Source of the DNA: Bacteroidales bacterium
Lineage (GTDB): Bacteria; Bacteroidota; Bacteroidia; Bacteroidales; UBA4181
Length of the DNA: 43,012 bases
NCBI GenBank assembly: GCA_031259205.1
Contig: JAIRLS010000319.1
Coordinates: forward strand, 1 to 43,012
Direction: 5' to 3'
Positions 1 to 9,665 of this stretch are shown piece by piece. The notes below the pieces were generated by a model. It saw only the letters and a program-made list of their open reading frames with translations. It was not told where the DNA came from and made no database searches. The position numbers and the translations under genes are program-made. Position 1 is the stretch's first letter; the number at the start of each line of letters is the position of its first letter.

Positions 1-454
1 TGTCGGCGTTAACAGCGCTATTTTGGGCGTCCGTCGGGACGTTTCCGGTAATGGAACCGCGCACGGGGGAATATCCGGTGTGAGTAACAAACATTTGTCC
101 GGCAATAAAATTCTCATACCGAAAATGAGGTATATCGTATTGCAAAACGGATAATATTTTGTATCCGTCTATTTTTAACCGTTTTTTTACAGTTTCTTAA
201 CGATTGGGTAACATAAACGAGTTTCCTTTGCATCCAAAATTTTAATCGAAATCGTATGAATAACGAAAAGACGAATAAAAATGCAAGGTGTTCCCCCTCC
301 TTATTTAATTATTCAATTATTCAATTATCGGTTATACTTTCAAAACGACCAACCTGCCTGCATTTTACCGGACAATCCTCTTTTATGGATGAAAAACAGT
401 ATTTTTTACATGTTTTTCGAAAAATGTTGCATTTTTATACGTTTGGAAACAACC

Positions 455-462
455 TACTTTTG
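455..462 (+). promoter_or_regulatory. candidate Bacteroidota -7 promoter box (TAnnTTTG) upstream of the GH30 gene
   Basis: TACTTTTG at 455-462, 16 nt before ATG 479 and 79 nt before ATG 542. No well-spaced -33 TTTG seen. Confidence 0.3.
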
Positions 463-541
463 TCAAAAATTCATAACAATGTCAAACTATAAATTTTTAT
501 CAAAGCCATGTCGCCCGAATACCGGAAACGATAGAGAAGTG

Positions 542-2176
542 ATGCTTTATGCTTTAACTGTCATAAAAAAGCGAAGTCGGCCGGTTTATATCCCGCTTGT
601 GTTGGCATTTTACATATTGATTGCCTGTAAATCCCGTGAAAATACAGGAAATGATACACCGTCGGAATTTCCGCAAACCGCCGTAGCTGATAAAGTTTAT
701 ACGGTCAATGCAGCCAAAACCAGCCAAACCATTGATAATTTCGGGGCGTCCGATTGTTGGACGGCGCAATTCTTCGGACATTTTCCGGACGACAAGCGCA
801 ACAGGATGGCCGACTGGCTCTTCAGCATGGACACGGATAACAGCGGACAACCCAAAGGTATCGGGCTTTCGCTTTGGCGTTTCAACATCGGCGCAGGCAG
901 TGCGGAACAGGGAATCGACGGCGGTATTGCCGACAAAACCCGACGCGCGGAATGTTTCCTGTTGCCCGACGGATCCTACGACTGGAGCAAATGCGGCGGA
1001 CAGCGCTGGTTTCTCCAAGCTGCGAGACAACGGGGAGTGCAGCAATTCTTAGCCTTCAACCTCAGCCCGCCGGTGTATATGACTTTGAACGGGCGAGCCA
1101 ACAATAACTCCCGCTCCAGAAACGGAACGCTCAACCTCAAAGCAGACAAATATGAGGCATTTGCCGACTTTTTGGCTACGGTAGTAGCGGAATTGGGACA
1201 GCGCGAGGGAATTAGTTTTCAATACCTCTCGCCGTTCAACGAACCTGAATGGGATTGGGATGGAAACAATCAGGAAGGAACACCCGCCCTGATGAGCGAG
1301 ATAGCCCGAACGGTACGACTGCTGGACGCAAAAATGACGGAAAAAGGAATCAACACTAAAATCATGCTCACCGAATCGGGAAATATCGACTACCTGTATC
1401 GCAAAACCACCGACAAAAACGGACGCAACAACCAGATAGAAACTTTTTTCAATCCGGCAAGTGAAAACTGTATCGCCGGTCTGACGCATGTGCCTTCCAT
1501 GGTGGCCGGACACAGTTACTGGACAGCTTCGCCTTACGACTCGCTCCAAGCCAAACGAAGAGCATTACGAAAAAAATTAGACAAATATGATTTGGGATAC
1601 TGGCAAACGGAACTTTGTATCATGAGCAGCGATACGGAAATAGGAGGGGGAGGAGGCAAGGATTTGACCATGAAAACCGCACTGTATGTGGCCCGAATTA
1701 TACATTACGACCTGTGCGTGGCCAATGCCTCCGCATGGCAATGGTGGCTGGGCATGACCAACAGCAACTACAAAGACGGACTGGTATATGTAACGCCCAA
1801 TGCCGAATTGACCGACGGAACCCTCTCCGACAGCAAACTGATGTGGACGGTGGGCAATTTCAGCCGGTTTGTGCGGCCGGGAGCCGTGCGGATAGACGTG
1901 TCGTCCGAACAGGCAAATCCGAACGACCCTGCCGGACTGATGGTTTCCGCTTTTATTCATCATGCCGACCGGCAAGTGACGCTGGTTCTTGTCAATACCG
2001 CCGACAAGGCGCAAAGCGTACAGTTTAAACTGACCGGAGTGAAAGTAAATACTCTCGTCCCGTATGTAACATCCGACGCCGAAGGGGATAACCTGTCGCC
2101 CAAATCCGGACATGATGCGGAGATTCCCTGGCGGATAGAGCCGAAATCCGTTACCACTCTTGTCGGAAAATACTGA
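542..2176 (+). CDS. glycoside hydrolase family 30 lipoprotein
   Basis: ORF 281..2176. I moved the start to ATG 542, which gives a lipoprotein signal (MLYALTVIKKRSRPVYIPLVLAFYILIAC); ATG 479 is an alternative. GH30-type motifs: IDNFGASDCW, GIGLSLWRFNIGAGS, SPFNEPEW (acid/base), YWQTELC (nucleophile). Subfamily cannot be assigned by eye. Confidence 0.8.
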   Translation: MLYALTVIKKRSRPVYIPLVLAFYILIACKSRENTGNDTPSEFPQTAVADKVYTVNAAKTSQTIDNFGASDCWTAQFFGHFPDDKRNRMADWLFSMDTDNSGQPKGIGLSLWRFNIGAGSAEQGIDGGIADKTRRAECFLLPDGSYDWSKCGGQRWFLQAARQRGVQQFLAFNLSPPVYMTLNGRANNNSRSRNGTLNLKADKYEAFADFLATVVAELGQREGISFQYLSPFNEPEWDWDGNNQEGTPALMSEIARTVRLLDAKMTEKGINTKIMLTESGNIDYLYRKTTDKNGRNNQIETFFNPASENCIAGLTHVPSMVAGHSYWTASPYDSLQAKRRALRKKLDKYDLGYWQTELCIMSSDTEIGGGGGKDLTMKTALYVARIIHYDLCVANASAWQWWLGMTNSNYKDGLVYVTPNAELTDGTLSDSKLMWTVGNFSRFVRPGAVRIDVSSEQANPNDPAGLMVSAFIHHADRQVTLVLVNTADKAQSVQFKLTGVKVNTLVPYVTSDAEGDNLSPKSGHDAEIPWRIEPKSVTTLVGKY

Positions 2177-2535
2177 CCCATCAATCGAAAATAAATAAAT
2201 AATAAATAATAATCAACAATAAATAAATATAGTACGAACAATCATATTATGCTGGATGCTTATCGCCGTAGTAATTAACATAAATGTAAGAAAGAAAGTT
2301 GTAAAATAAAGAAAAAGAAATAAAGAAAAAAGACTCTAAAACAGCTTTTTTCCTCAAAAAATATCCGGATGAAAATCCGGACAGATATAAAAGAAAATCA
2401 AAGAGTTAAATCTCCATGCGTTGGTTCGTTATGTGACTGACGGTGGCGAAGCCGTAAAAAAGAAGAAAGGTTTTTTGAAAGCCTGAAAAATGACTTTCAA
2501 AATTATGCCACACGAAGTATAACCCAATAAAACAA

Positions 2536-4479
2536 TTGATTATGATAAATTTAAAAATTCGGTATTTGAGTAAACGTCGCGCTACGTGGATAGCGGCAAT
2601 CATCATGCTAACGGTCGGTTTTTCCGTACTGTCCTGCAGCAAAAACAATGCAGGAAGACAGGCCTATCTGGACGTCCCGATAACGAAATTGACGGTTCCG
2701 TCGAATGGAGACGTCGTTACCCTTGTAGTAAACAGTAATACGGATTGGACATTTTCGATCGCCGGCGAAAAATGGCTGACAGGCGAAAAAACTACCGACG
2801 GCGTCCGGCTGACGGTTGAACTCAACAACGGAATCGACGAACGGACAGCAACGATCGTCATTTCCGCCCAAGACCTTGCTCCTGTTGAAGTCACTGTGCA
2901 TCAGGAAAACACCATGGCCGATCGACCGGGCATGACCGTCAAAGGTTGGGTAAGTTGCAATAACGAGCCGGTAGCGGGCGTAGTAGTATCCGACGGTCAT
3001 GAAGTGACTGTTACCGACCGGAATGGAGTGTATTACCTGCCCTCCCGAAAAAAAACAGGCTTTGTGTTTATTTCCACGCCGGGCAATTACGAAACGCCTG
3101 TCAGGGACAGCATCCCACAGTTTTTCCGCCGGCTTGAAGCGCCTGTCACTACAGTGGAACGGAAAGATTTCGTTTTGAAGCGAGTCAATAACGACCAACA
3201 TGTAGTACTGGCCATCGCCGACTGGCATCTGGCCAACCGTACTGCCGACCTCGCTCAGTTTGAGACCTGTCTGGCAGACATCAACAGCCTTATCGACGGC
3301 TACAGGGCTACCGGAGTAAAAGTGTACGGCTTGACGCTCGGTGATATGAGTTGGGACGCCTACTGGTACAGCAACCATTTTGCTTTGCCGGAATATCTGG
3401 AACAGATGAAACGGGTGCATACTTCCTTCTTCAACACCATGGGCAACCACGACAACAACCGGTACAGCACCGACGACCTGATCGCCGAACAACCTTACAG
3501 GGAGATCATCGGCCCTACCTGGTATTCGTTCAATCTGGGAAAAATTCATTATGTGGTATTGGATAATATCCAGTACCTCAATACGGGAGGCGCACAGGGC
3601 ACGATCGGCAACGGCAACTATAACGATATGATTACTTCCGACCAAATAGAATGGTTGAAAAAAGATTTGGCAAGGGTACAGGACAAAACCGCGCCGCTAA
3701 TAGTCGCCATGCACATACAACTGCACAACCAGCCGGATGTGAGCGATATTGCCACCATCCACATGGACAACGGGCAAGAACTGATCGACTGTTTTACCGG
3801 CTTCTCCGATGTGCATGTATTGACGGGACATCTCCACCGCAATTACAGGGTAAGCGCTTCCGCCACACTGATGGAACACAATACCGCCGCGCTCTGCGCT
3901 ACCTGGTGGTGGACGGGAAACACGGGTCACGCCGGCAACCATATATGCAAGGACGGTTCGACAGGTGGCTATGCCGTATGGGAAATGGACGGGAAAAACG
4001 CGGAATGGTACTACAAAAGTATCGGTTATCCCCGCAGTTATCAGTTCCGAACGTATGACCTGAATACCATCCGGATTACGGCAGCGCAATATGCGCCCTC
4101 GGCAAATGCAAGCTATGCGGCAGAAGTGCCGACCTATGCCGGAAACTATGCCGGCGACAACACCGCTAACGAAGTGTTGATCAACGTGTGGGGATACGAC
4201 AGAAACTGGTCTGTTGAAGTAAAGGAAGGCACGAAAACACTGCCCGTTACGCGGGTATCCGCCAAAGATCCGTTGCACATCATTTCCTACGAATGTCAGC
4301 GGCTGAACCGCAATACCAACCCGACTGCGGATTTCGTTTCCAACAATGCCACTCATTTTTTCAAAGTAACCGCTTCCAATGCTTCCTCAACGCTGGACGT
4401 CAAAGTGACCGACCGGTTCGGAAACGTGTATACCGAAACCATGACCAGACCCAAACAATTAACAGTGAATAGCGAATAG
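2536..4479 (+). CDS. BACON-domain calcineurin-like metallophosphoesterase lipoprotein
   Basis: Lipobox LTVGFSVLSCS. BACON-like Ig segment (SNGDVVTLVVNSNTDW...TATIVISAQ). CarboxypepD-regulatory-like segment (VKGWVSCNNEPVAGVVVSDGHEVTVTDRNGVYYL). Metallophosphatase motifs LAIADWH, GDMSWD, GNHD, MHIQLH, GHLH, followed by a C-terminal beta-sandwich. Confidence 0.8.
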   Translation: MIMINLKIRYLSKRRATWIAAIIMLTVGFSVLSCSKNNAGRQAYLDVPITKLTVPSNGDVVTLVVNSNTDWTFSIAGEKWLTGEKTTDGVRLTVELNNGIDERTATIVISAQDLAPVEVTVHQENTMADRPGMTVKGWVSCNNEPVAGVVVSDGHEVTVTDRNGVYYLPSRKKTGFVFISTPGNYETPVRDSIPQFFRRLEAPVTTVERKDFVLKRVNNDQHVVLAIADWHLANRTADLAQFETCLADINSLIDGYRATGVKVYGLTLGDMSWDAYWYSNHFALPEYLEQMKRVHTSFFNTMGNHDNNRYSTDDLIAEQPYREIIGPTWYSFNLGKIHYVVLDNIQYLNTGGAQGTIGNGNYNDMITSDQIEWLKKDLARVQDKTAPLIVAMHIQLHNQPDVSDIATIHMDNGQELIDCFTGFSDVHVLTGHLHRNYRVSASATLMEHNTAALCATWWWTGNTGHAGNHICKDGSTGGYAVWEMDGKNAEWYYKSIGYPRSYQFRTYDLNTIRITAAQYAPSANASYAAEVPTYAGNYAGDNTANEVLINVWGYDRNWSVEVKEGTKTLPVTRVSAKDPLHIISYECQRLNRNTNPTADFVSNNATHFFKVTASNASSTLDVKVTDRFGNVYTETMTRPKQLTVNSE

Positions 4480-4540
4480 TGAAAATCCGGCAGGATCGTC
4501 AGGCTGACAGTGTTAAATAGAATAGCGACGCCCTGCCGGT

Positions 4541-4567
4541 GGATAAACCGGATAAACCGGATAAAAC
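4541..4567. repeat. three tandem 9-nt direct repeats GGATAAACC / GGATAAACC / GGATAAAAC upstream of SusC-1
   Basis: Read directly from the sequence. Ends 52 nt before ATG 4620. Preceded by an 8-bp inverted repeat, CCGGCAGG (4487-4494) / CCTGCCGG (4532-4539). Confidence 0.6.
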
Positions 4568-4619
4568 AGTAAGTAAAGTAATTTTCAATTTTTTAATAAC
4601 CCAATAAATAAATAGTTTT

Positions 4620-7600
4620 ATGTTAAATCTTAGATTCTTGAGAAAGAGGTGCAGGTATCTTTTATACACTGTACCGTTGGCGGCTATTTTTTTGCTGCCT
4701 GTTGAAGTACACGCGCGACAGGGGATAACCGTGTCGGGCATAGTAAGGGACGATACAGGAGATGTGTTGCCCGGTGTCAATGTTTTTGTGGAAGGTACGA
4801 ACACAGGCACCGTAACCGACCGAAGCGGAAAATATTCCATCACTGTTTTCAAGCGCGACGCCATATTGGTATTTTCCTTTGTCGGTTACAAAACCTTCCG
4901 ACTGTCGATGGATGGCGCCGTTTCGTTTGATGTAAGTTTGAGCGAAGATGTTTCGGAAATGGAGGAACTTGTGATAGTAGGTTACGGAAAGCAAAAAAAG
5001 CTTACTACTACGGGAGCCATTACTTCCGTGTCCAATTCCGAATTGGTGAAAGCGCCGGTAGCAGGCGTCAGCAACGCCTTGACGGGCTTGACCTCCGGCT
5101 TGCAGTCCGTGCAGGTGTCGGGCGAGTTCGGCAACGACAAGGCGGACATACGGGTACGAGGAATAGGAACGCTTAATACTGGCGGAGCAAGTCCCCTGAT
5201 TCTGGTGGACGGCGTGGAACGTACCACTTACAACGACATCGACCCCAACGAAATAGAATCGGTCAATGTGTTGAAGGACGCTTCGGCTACTGCCGTTTTC
5301 GGCGTGCGGGGCGCCAACGGCGTTATCCTGCTGACCACGAGGCAGGGAAAACAGGGAAAACCAAAAGTCGGTTTCACCTCGAATTTTGCCGCGCTGCAAC
5401 CTTCCATCCTTCCGGAGATGCTCAATTCCTACGAATATGCCTTGCTGCGCAACGAAGCCGAACGGAACATGGGCAGGGCGGAATCCTTTTCGGCGGAGGA
5501 TATTGAGTTGTACCGTAACGGCACAGACCCTGTCTTCCATCCCGACAAAGACTGGATCAACGAACTCATCCGGCCTTTATCCTTTCAACACTCCTATAAC
5601 ATGAACGTCAGCGGAGGCAGCGAAACCATGCGTTATTTTGTTTCGGTGGGCTATTTCAACCAGTCGGGAGGCTACAACCGGCCGGAACAGGATTTGGGAT
5701 TCCCGTACACGCACAAGTACGACCGTTACAATCTCCGCATGAATTTCGACTTTGACGTAACGGACGACCTCAGTCTTTCCCTCAAACTGGGTAATCAGGT
5801 GACCGATAACAGGTTTCCTACGGGCGGCGCATGGGGCGCTTTCGACAGAGCTACTACCACCTCGCCCATGGCCAGTCCCGGATTCGTGGATGGAAAAGCC
5901 ATTACCGATGTGGTGGGGTTTCCTACGGGCGTGCAGAAATTCAATCCCTGGGTGGAAGGCGGAAATACCAGTTCCGCTTCCGACGCACGGACGGAAAAAA
6001 ACTATTCCAACACCATCAATACCAATGTTTCGCTCCGCTATGATCTGGGAAAATTAATAAAGGGACTGTCCGTAAGAGCGATGGGTGCTTACGATACCTA
6101 TTACAACAAGTACACCAGCCGTTACCGGTATTTCGACACCTATACCGCCATGCGCGATCCCCTTTCCCAAAAGCCTGTTCTTTTCAAAAACAATGAAAGC
6201 GGCCCGTATTACGGCCTGTCCGAAACCATCAACGACAACAACAAATGGCGGAAGATGTACGCCGAAGCCGCGTTGGAATATAGCGCAGCCGTTGCCGAAA
6301 ATCACAATCTGACCGTGTTGTGGCTGGCCAACATGCAAAAAGCCTATTATCCCAACATGCAGTACAAACTGCCTACCGCTTATCTCGGTTTTGTGGGACG
6401 TATCACTTACAATTACCGCAATCGTTACCTCGGCGAGGTGGATGCGGGCTACAACGGATCGGAAAACTTTCCCGAAGGAAAACGCTACGGCTTTTTCCCC
6501 GCTTTCTCGCTGGGCTGGGTACCTACCGAAGAGAATTTCTTTCCGGAGAATGACGTCCTGTCCTTCCTGAAATTCAGAGGTTCCTACGGCGAAGTAGGCA
6601 ACGACAAGATAGGCGGTAACCGTTACCTTTATCTGAACGGCCCCTACACGCTGGGCAACGACGGCAACGCAAGAACCACTTTCGGCATTCCGGGCGTCAA
6701 TCAGGCAACCTACCAGCAATACACGGAAGGACGGATCGGAAATGAAGACGTCACCTGGGAAAAAGCGAAAAAATGGAATGTCGGCTTCGACTTGTTGCTC
6801 CTCGACAGCCGAATCAATCTCACCGCCGATTATTTCGAGGAAAAACGGGACAATATCCTGTGGAATTTGTCCACCGTACCGGAACTCGTTGCCGCTTCGC
6901 TACCTCCTGCCAATATCGGCAAGGTGGATAATTACGGCTACGAACTGGAAATCGGCTACAAAGACAAACGCGGCGAGTTGGGTTACTGGGTGAAAGGCTT
7001 GTATTCCTTTGCACGCAATAAAATCGTCTTTCAGGACGAACCCGACCGCGAATACGAATGGATGCGCCGTACGGGACAGTCGGTCGGACAGCATTTCGGA
7101 CTGATATTTGAAGGTTTCTACAACACGCCCGAAGAACTTAACGATCCGGACCGCCCCGTCTCGCTGTGGGAAGGCGGAGGACTGAAGTTGGGCGACATGA
7201 AATATCGCAACCTGAACGAAGATAGCACAATCGACGAAAAAGACATGAGGCCTGTCGGCTACAATGACTTCCCCGAAATCAATTACAGTTTTTCCTGCGG
7301 CGCTTCGTGGAAAGGCTTCGACTTTACCGTCCTCTTTCAGGGAGCCGGCAACGTGTCTGTGTATTTTTCAAAACATGCCGGCGGCTATGCATTTGCCGAC
7401 GACTGGGGAGCCGCTTATGCATGGCAGCTCGAACGCTGGGAACAGGGACGTTACGACCGGGGAGAAACCATATCGTATCCCCGTATAACGTTATCGCCGG
7501 GACTGGGTGATCACAATTATCAAAAATCCACTTTCTGGGTGCAGGACGCCTCCTATCTCAGATTGAAAAATGCGGAAATCGGGTACCGTTTTGAACCCTC

Positions 7601-7769
7601 CTTCCTGAAAAGAATCAACGTGCAGTCATTGCGATTCTATCTCAGCGGCAACAACCTGCTTACATGGACAGGCATCAAATACACCATGGACCCCGACGCC
7701 AGAGAAACCTACGGACGGGTGATGCCGCCCATGAGAGTCTTCAATTTCGGACTGAATCTCCAATTTTAA
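4620..7769 (+). CDS. SusC/RagA-family TonB-dependent outer-membrane transporter (pair 1)
   Basis: 1049 aa. Signal peptide, then a carboxypeptidase-regulatory-like N-terminal extension (GIVRDDTGDVLPGVNVFVEGTNTGTVTDRSGKYSI). TonB box ELVIVGYG, plug domain, and a barrel ending FNFGLNLQF. A SusD gene follows 30 nt later. Confidence 0.93.
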   Translation: MLNLRFLRKRCRYLLYTVPLAAIFLLPVEVHARQGITVSGIVRDDTGDVLPGVNVFVEGTNTGTVTDRSGKYSITVFKRDAILVFSFVGYKTFRLSMDGAVSFDVSLSEDVSEMEELVIVGYGKQKKLTTTGAITSVSNSELVKAPVAGVSNALTGLTSGLQSVQVSGEFGNDKADIRVRGIGTLNTGGASPLILVDGVERTTYNDIDPNEIESVNVLKDASATAVFGVRGANGVILLTTRQGKQGKPKVGFTSNFAALQPSILPEMLNSYEYALLRNEAERNMGRAESFSAEDIELYRNGTDPVFHPDKDWINELIRPLSFQHSYNMNVSGGSETMRYFVSVGYFNQSGGYNRPEQDLGFPYTHKYDRYNLRMNFDFDVTDDLSLSLKLGNQVTDNRFPTGGAWGAFDRATTTSPMASPGFVDGKAITDVVGFPTGVQKFNPWVEGGNTSSASDARTEKNYSNTINTNVSLRYDLGKLIKGLSVRAMGAYDTYYNKYTSRYRYFDTYTAMRDPLSQKPVLFKNNESGPYYGLSETINDNNKWRKMYAEAALEYSAAVAENHNLTVLWLANMQKAYYPNMQYKLPTAYLGFVGRITYNYRNRYLGEVDAGYNGSENFPEGKRYGFFPAFSLGWVPTEENFFPENDVLSFLKFRGSYGEVGNDKIGGNRYLYLNGPYTLGNDGNARTTFGIPGVNQATYQQYTEGRIGNEDVTWEKAKKWNVGFDLLLLDSRINLTADYFEEKRDNILWNLSTVPELVAASLPPANIGKVDNYGYELEIGYKDKRGELGYWVKGLYSFARNKIVFQDEPDREYEWMRRTGQSVGQHFGLIFEGFYNTPEELNDPDRPVSLWEGGGLKLGDMKYRNLNEDSTIDEKDMRPVGYNDFPEINYSFSCGASWKGFDFTVLFQGAGNVSVYFSKHAGGYAFADDWGAAYAWQLERWEQGRYDRGETISYPRITLSPGLGDHNYQKSTFWVQDASYLRLKNAEIGYRFEPSFLKRINVQSLRFYLSGNNLLTWTGIKYTMDPDARETYGRVMPPMRVFNFGLNLQF

Positions 7770-7798
7770 ATCTCAATAACCTTTAAAACATATCCATT

Positions 7799-9604
7799 AT
7801 GAAATATATAAAATATTCAATCATCGTCGCCTGTCTGAGCGCTTTACTGTATATGCCTTCCTGTGAAGACTTTCTGGAAAAACCCGTCAGCAGCGATATT
7901 ACGGTAGACAGTGTGTTTGCTTCGAAAATACGCACCGAACAGTTCCTCTGGAAAGTGTACAGCACTGCTTCTATCTACGAGTTCAACGGTTTCTGGAGTG
8001 GAACCGACAACCGTTTCTACCATTACGGCGCTTCCGGGTCGCTGGTATCGGTGGCTACCGACGAACTGGAAGTGGAAGGCACTTATGCCGCTATCCCGAA
8101 GTACATGCATACGGGAACATGGAATGCCTCCACCATTGATCCGGGCAGTTGGGCGATAGAGTTCATGTCGCATGTCTGTTATCAGGGAATACGCAACGCC
8201 AACATCTTCATCGAAAATGTGGACAATTCGCCTTTCTCCGACGGGGAAAAAGCCGCTATGAAAGCGGAAGCGATTTTTCTCAGGGCCTTGATGCATTTCG
8301 ATTTGATGCAACGGCTGGGCGGCATATCTGTTGTGGACAGGGTGCTGAAGGTAAGCACTGCGGAAGACGTCGAAGCCATTCGCATACCGCGCTCTACTTA
8401 TGCTGGAACCGTCGATTTTATTGTGAAAGAATGTGAAGAAGCCGCCAAATACCTGCCCGATGTATATGAAGACAACAAATATCTGGGACGTATCGTCAAA
8501 GGCGCGGCGCTGGCGCTGAAAGCGCGGGTGCTGCTCTACGCCGCAAGCCCGCTGTTCAACCCTCCCGACGGGCAACCCTACGTCGCTGTGTCCCATCCTC
8601 AAGTGCGCGAACTGATCGGCTATCCGTCCTACGACAAAGACCGGTGGCGGCTGGCGGCGGAAGCAAGCAAAGCCGTACTTGATTGGGCAGAGCGGGAAAG
8701 CGGCTGGTGCCGGCTCTACGATGAGATGGCCGACAAAAGGGACAATTACGAAGAAATCTTCATCAACCACACTTGTCCCGAAGTGATCCTCAGTGCAGGG
8801 CTTCTGAACAACGTTACCGGATATTTCGAACTCTTCATGCTGCCCGGAAATGTAGCAGGGCCACAAAATCAAACCAACCCTTCCAATCATGCCGTCACCT
8901 TCAATTTTACCAAATATTACCGGAAAACCGACGGCAGCGACCAAACATGGGATGAAACGGAAGGACAGGATTATCCCTACGCGCAGTATCGAAACAAACT
9001 CGCAGAACTGGAACCGCGTTTTCAGGCTTCCGCCTTCTATTCCGGCACCGAATGGGCGAAAGGCTCCGGCGTCGTTTATCACTTCTACGAAACCAATACC
9101 AATCTGTTGCAAAACGTACGGGGAGTCGGTTTCATGCGGAAATTCATGAAAAATGCAAGGGAAGGTAGCGTCGCCCCGCGCTGGATTACCTTCCGTTTAG
9201 CCGAGTTTTACCTGAACTATGCGGAAGCGCTCAATGAAATCGACGGCGACGCAACCGAAATAACAGCAGCGCTCAATGCCGTGCGTACGCGCGCGGGACT
9301 GCCTGCCGTATCCTATACGGGAACAGACCACATGCGGGAACTCATCCGAAGGGAAAGAACCGTTGAATTTGCTTTCGAACAACACCGCTTTTTCGACCTG
9401 CGACGCTGGAAAACCGCCGGAGAAGAAGGAAACATGAAAGGCGACATTTATACCCTGAAACTCTATGGCACCAACTCGGTGCAGGATGCTACCTACCGAC
9501 TGGAAAAAATAGCCGACCGCGTATGGGAAGACAAAATGTACCTGTATCCGTTCAGGCAAGGGGAAGTCAATTTGGGCTATATCGTTCAAAACCCCGGATG
9601 GTAA
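7799..9604 (+). CDS. SusD/RagB-family nutrient-binding lipoprotein (pair 1)
   Basis: Lipobox YMPSCEDF. SusD hallmarks RALMHFDLMQRLGGI, RLAEFYLNYAEA, EQHRFFDLRRWK, and the C-terminal QNPGW. Confidence 0.92.
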   Translation: MKYIKYSIIVACLSALLYMPSCEDFLEKPVSSDITVDSVFASKIRTEQFLWKVYSTASIYEFNGFWSGTDNRFYHYGASGSLVSVATDELEVEGTYAAIPKYMHTGTWNASTIDPGSWAIEFMSHVCYQGIRNANIFIENVDNSPFSDGEKAAMKAEAIFLRALMHFDLMQRLGGISVVDRVLKVSTAEDVEAIRIPRSTYAGTVDFIVKECEEAAKYLPDVYEDNKYLGRIVKGAALALKARVLLYAASPLFNPPDGQPYVAVSHPQVRELIGYPSYDKDRWRLAAEASKAVLDWAERESGWCRLYDEMADKRDNYEEIFINHTCPEVILSAGLLNNVTGYFELFMLPGNVAGPQNQTNPSNHAVTFNFTKYYRKTDGSDQTWDETEGQDYPYAQYRNKLAELEPRFQASAFYSGTEWAKGSGVVYHFYETNTNLLQNVRGVGFMRKFMKNAREGSVAPRWITFRLAEFYLNYAEALNEIDGDATEITAALNAVRTRAGLPAVSYTGTDHMRELIRRERTVEFAFEQHRFFDLRRWKTAGEEGNMKGDIYTLKLYGTNSVQDATYRLEKIADRVWEDKMYLYPFRQGEVNLGYIVQNPGW

Positions 9605-9665
9605 TAACAACGGGCAATGTGTCTTTATCTGTAAACATAAAAAGAAATTTTTAAATAACACCGAC

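Noticed and set aside
1-83. A possible 3' end of an upstream gene (frame 3 on the + strand reads ...VMEPRTGEYPV*).
   Set aside because: It is too short to recognise any family, and the strand and frame cannot be established. I left it unannotated.
2364-2381. The hairpin TCCGGAT-GAAA-ATCCGGA in the GH30/phosphoesterase intergenic region, considered as a terminator.
   Set aside because: On the + strand no U-tract follows the hairpin. The T-run lies only on the - strand, where there is no credible gene to terminate, so its function is undetermined.
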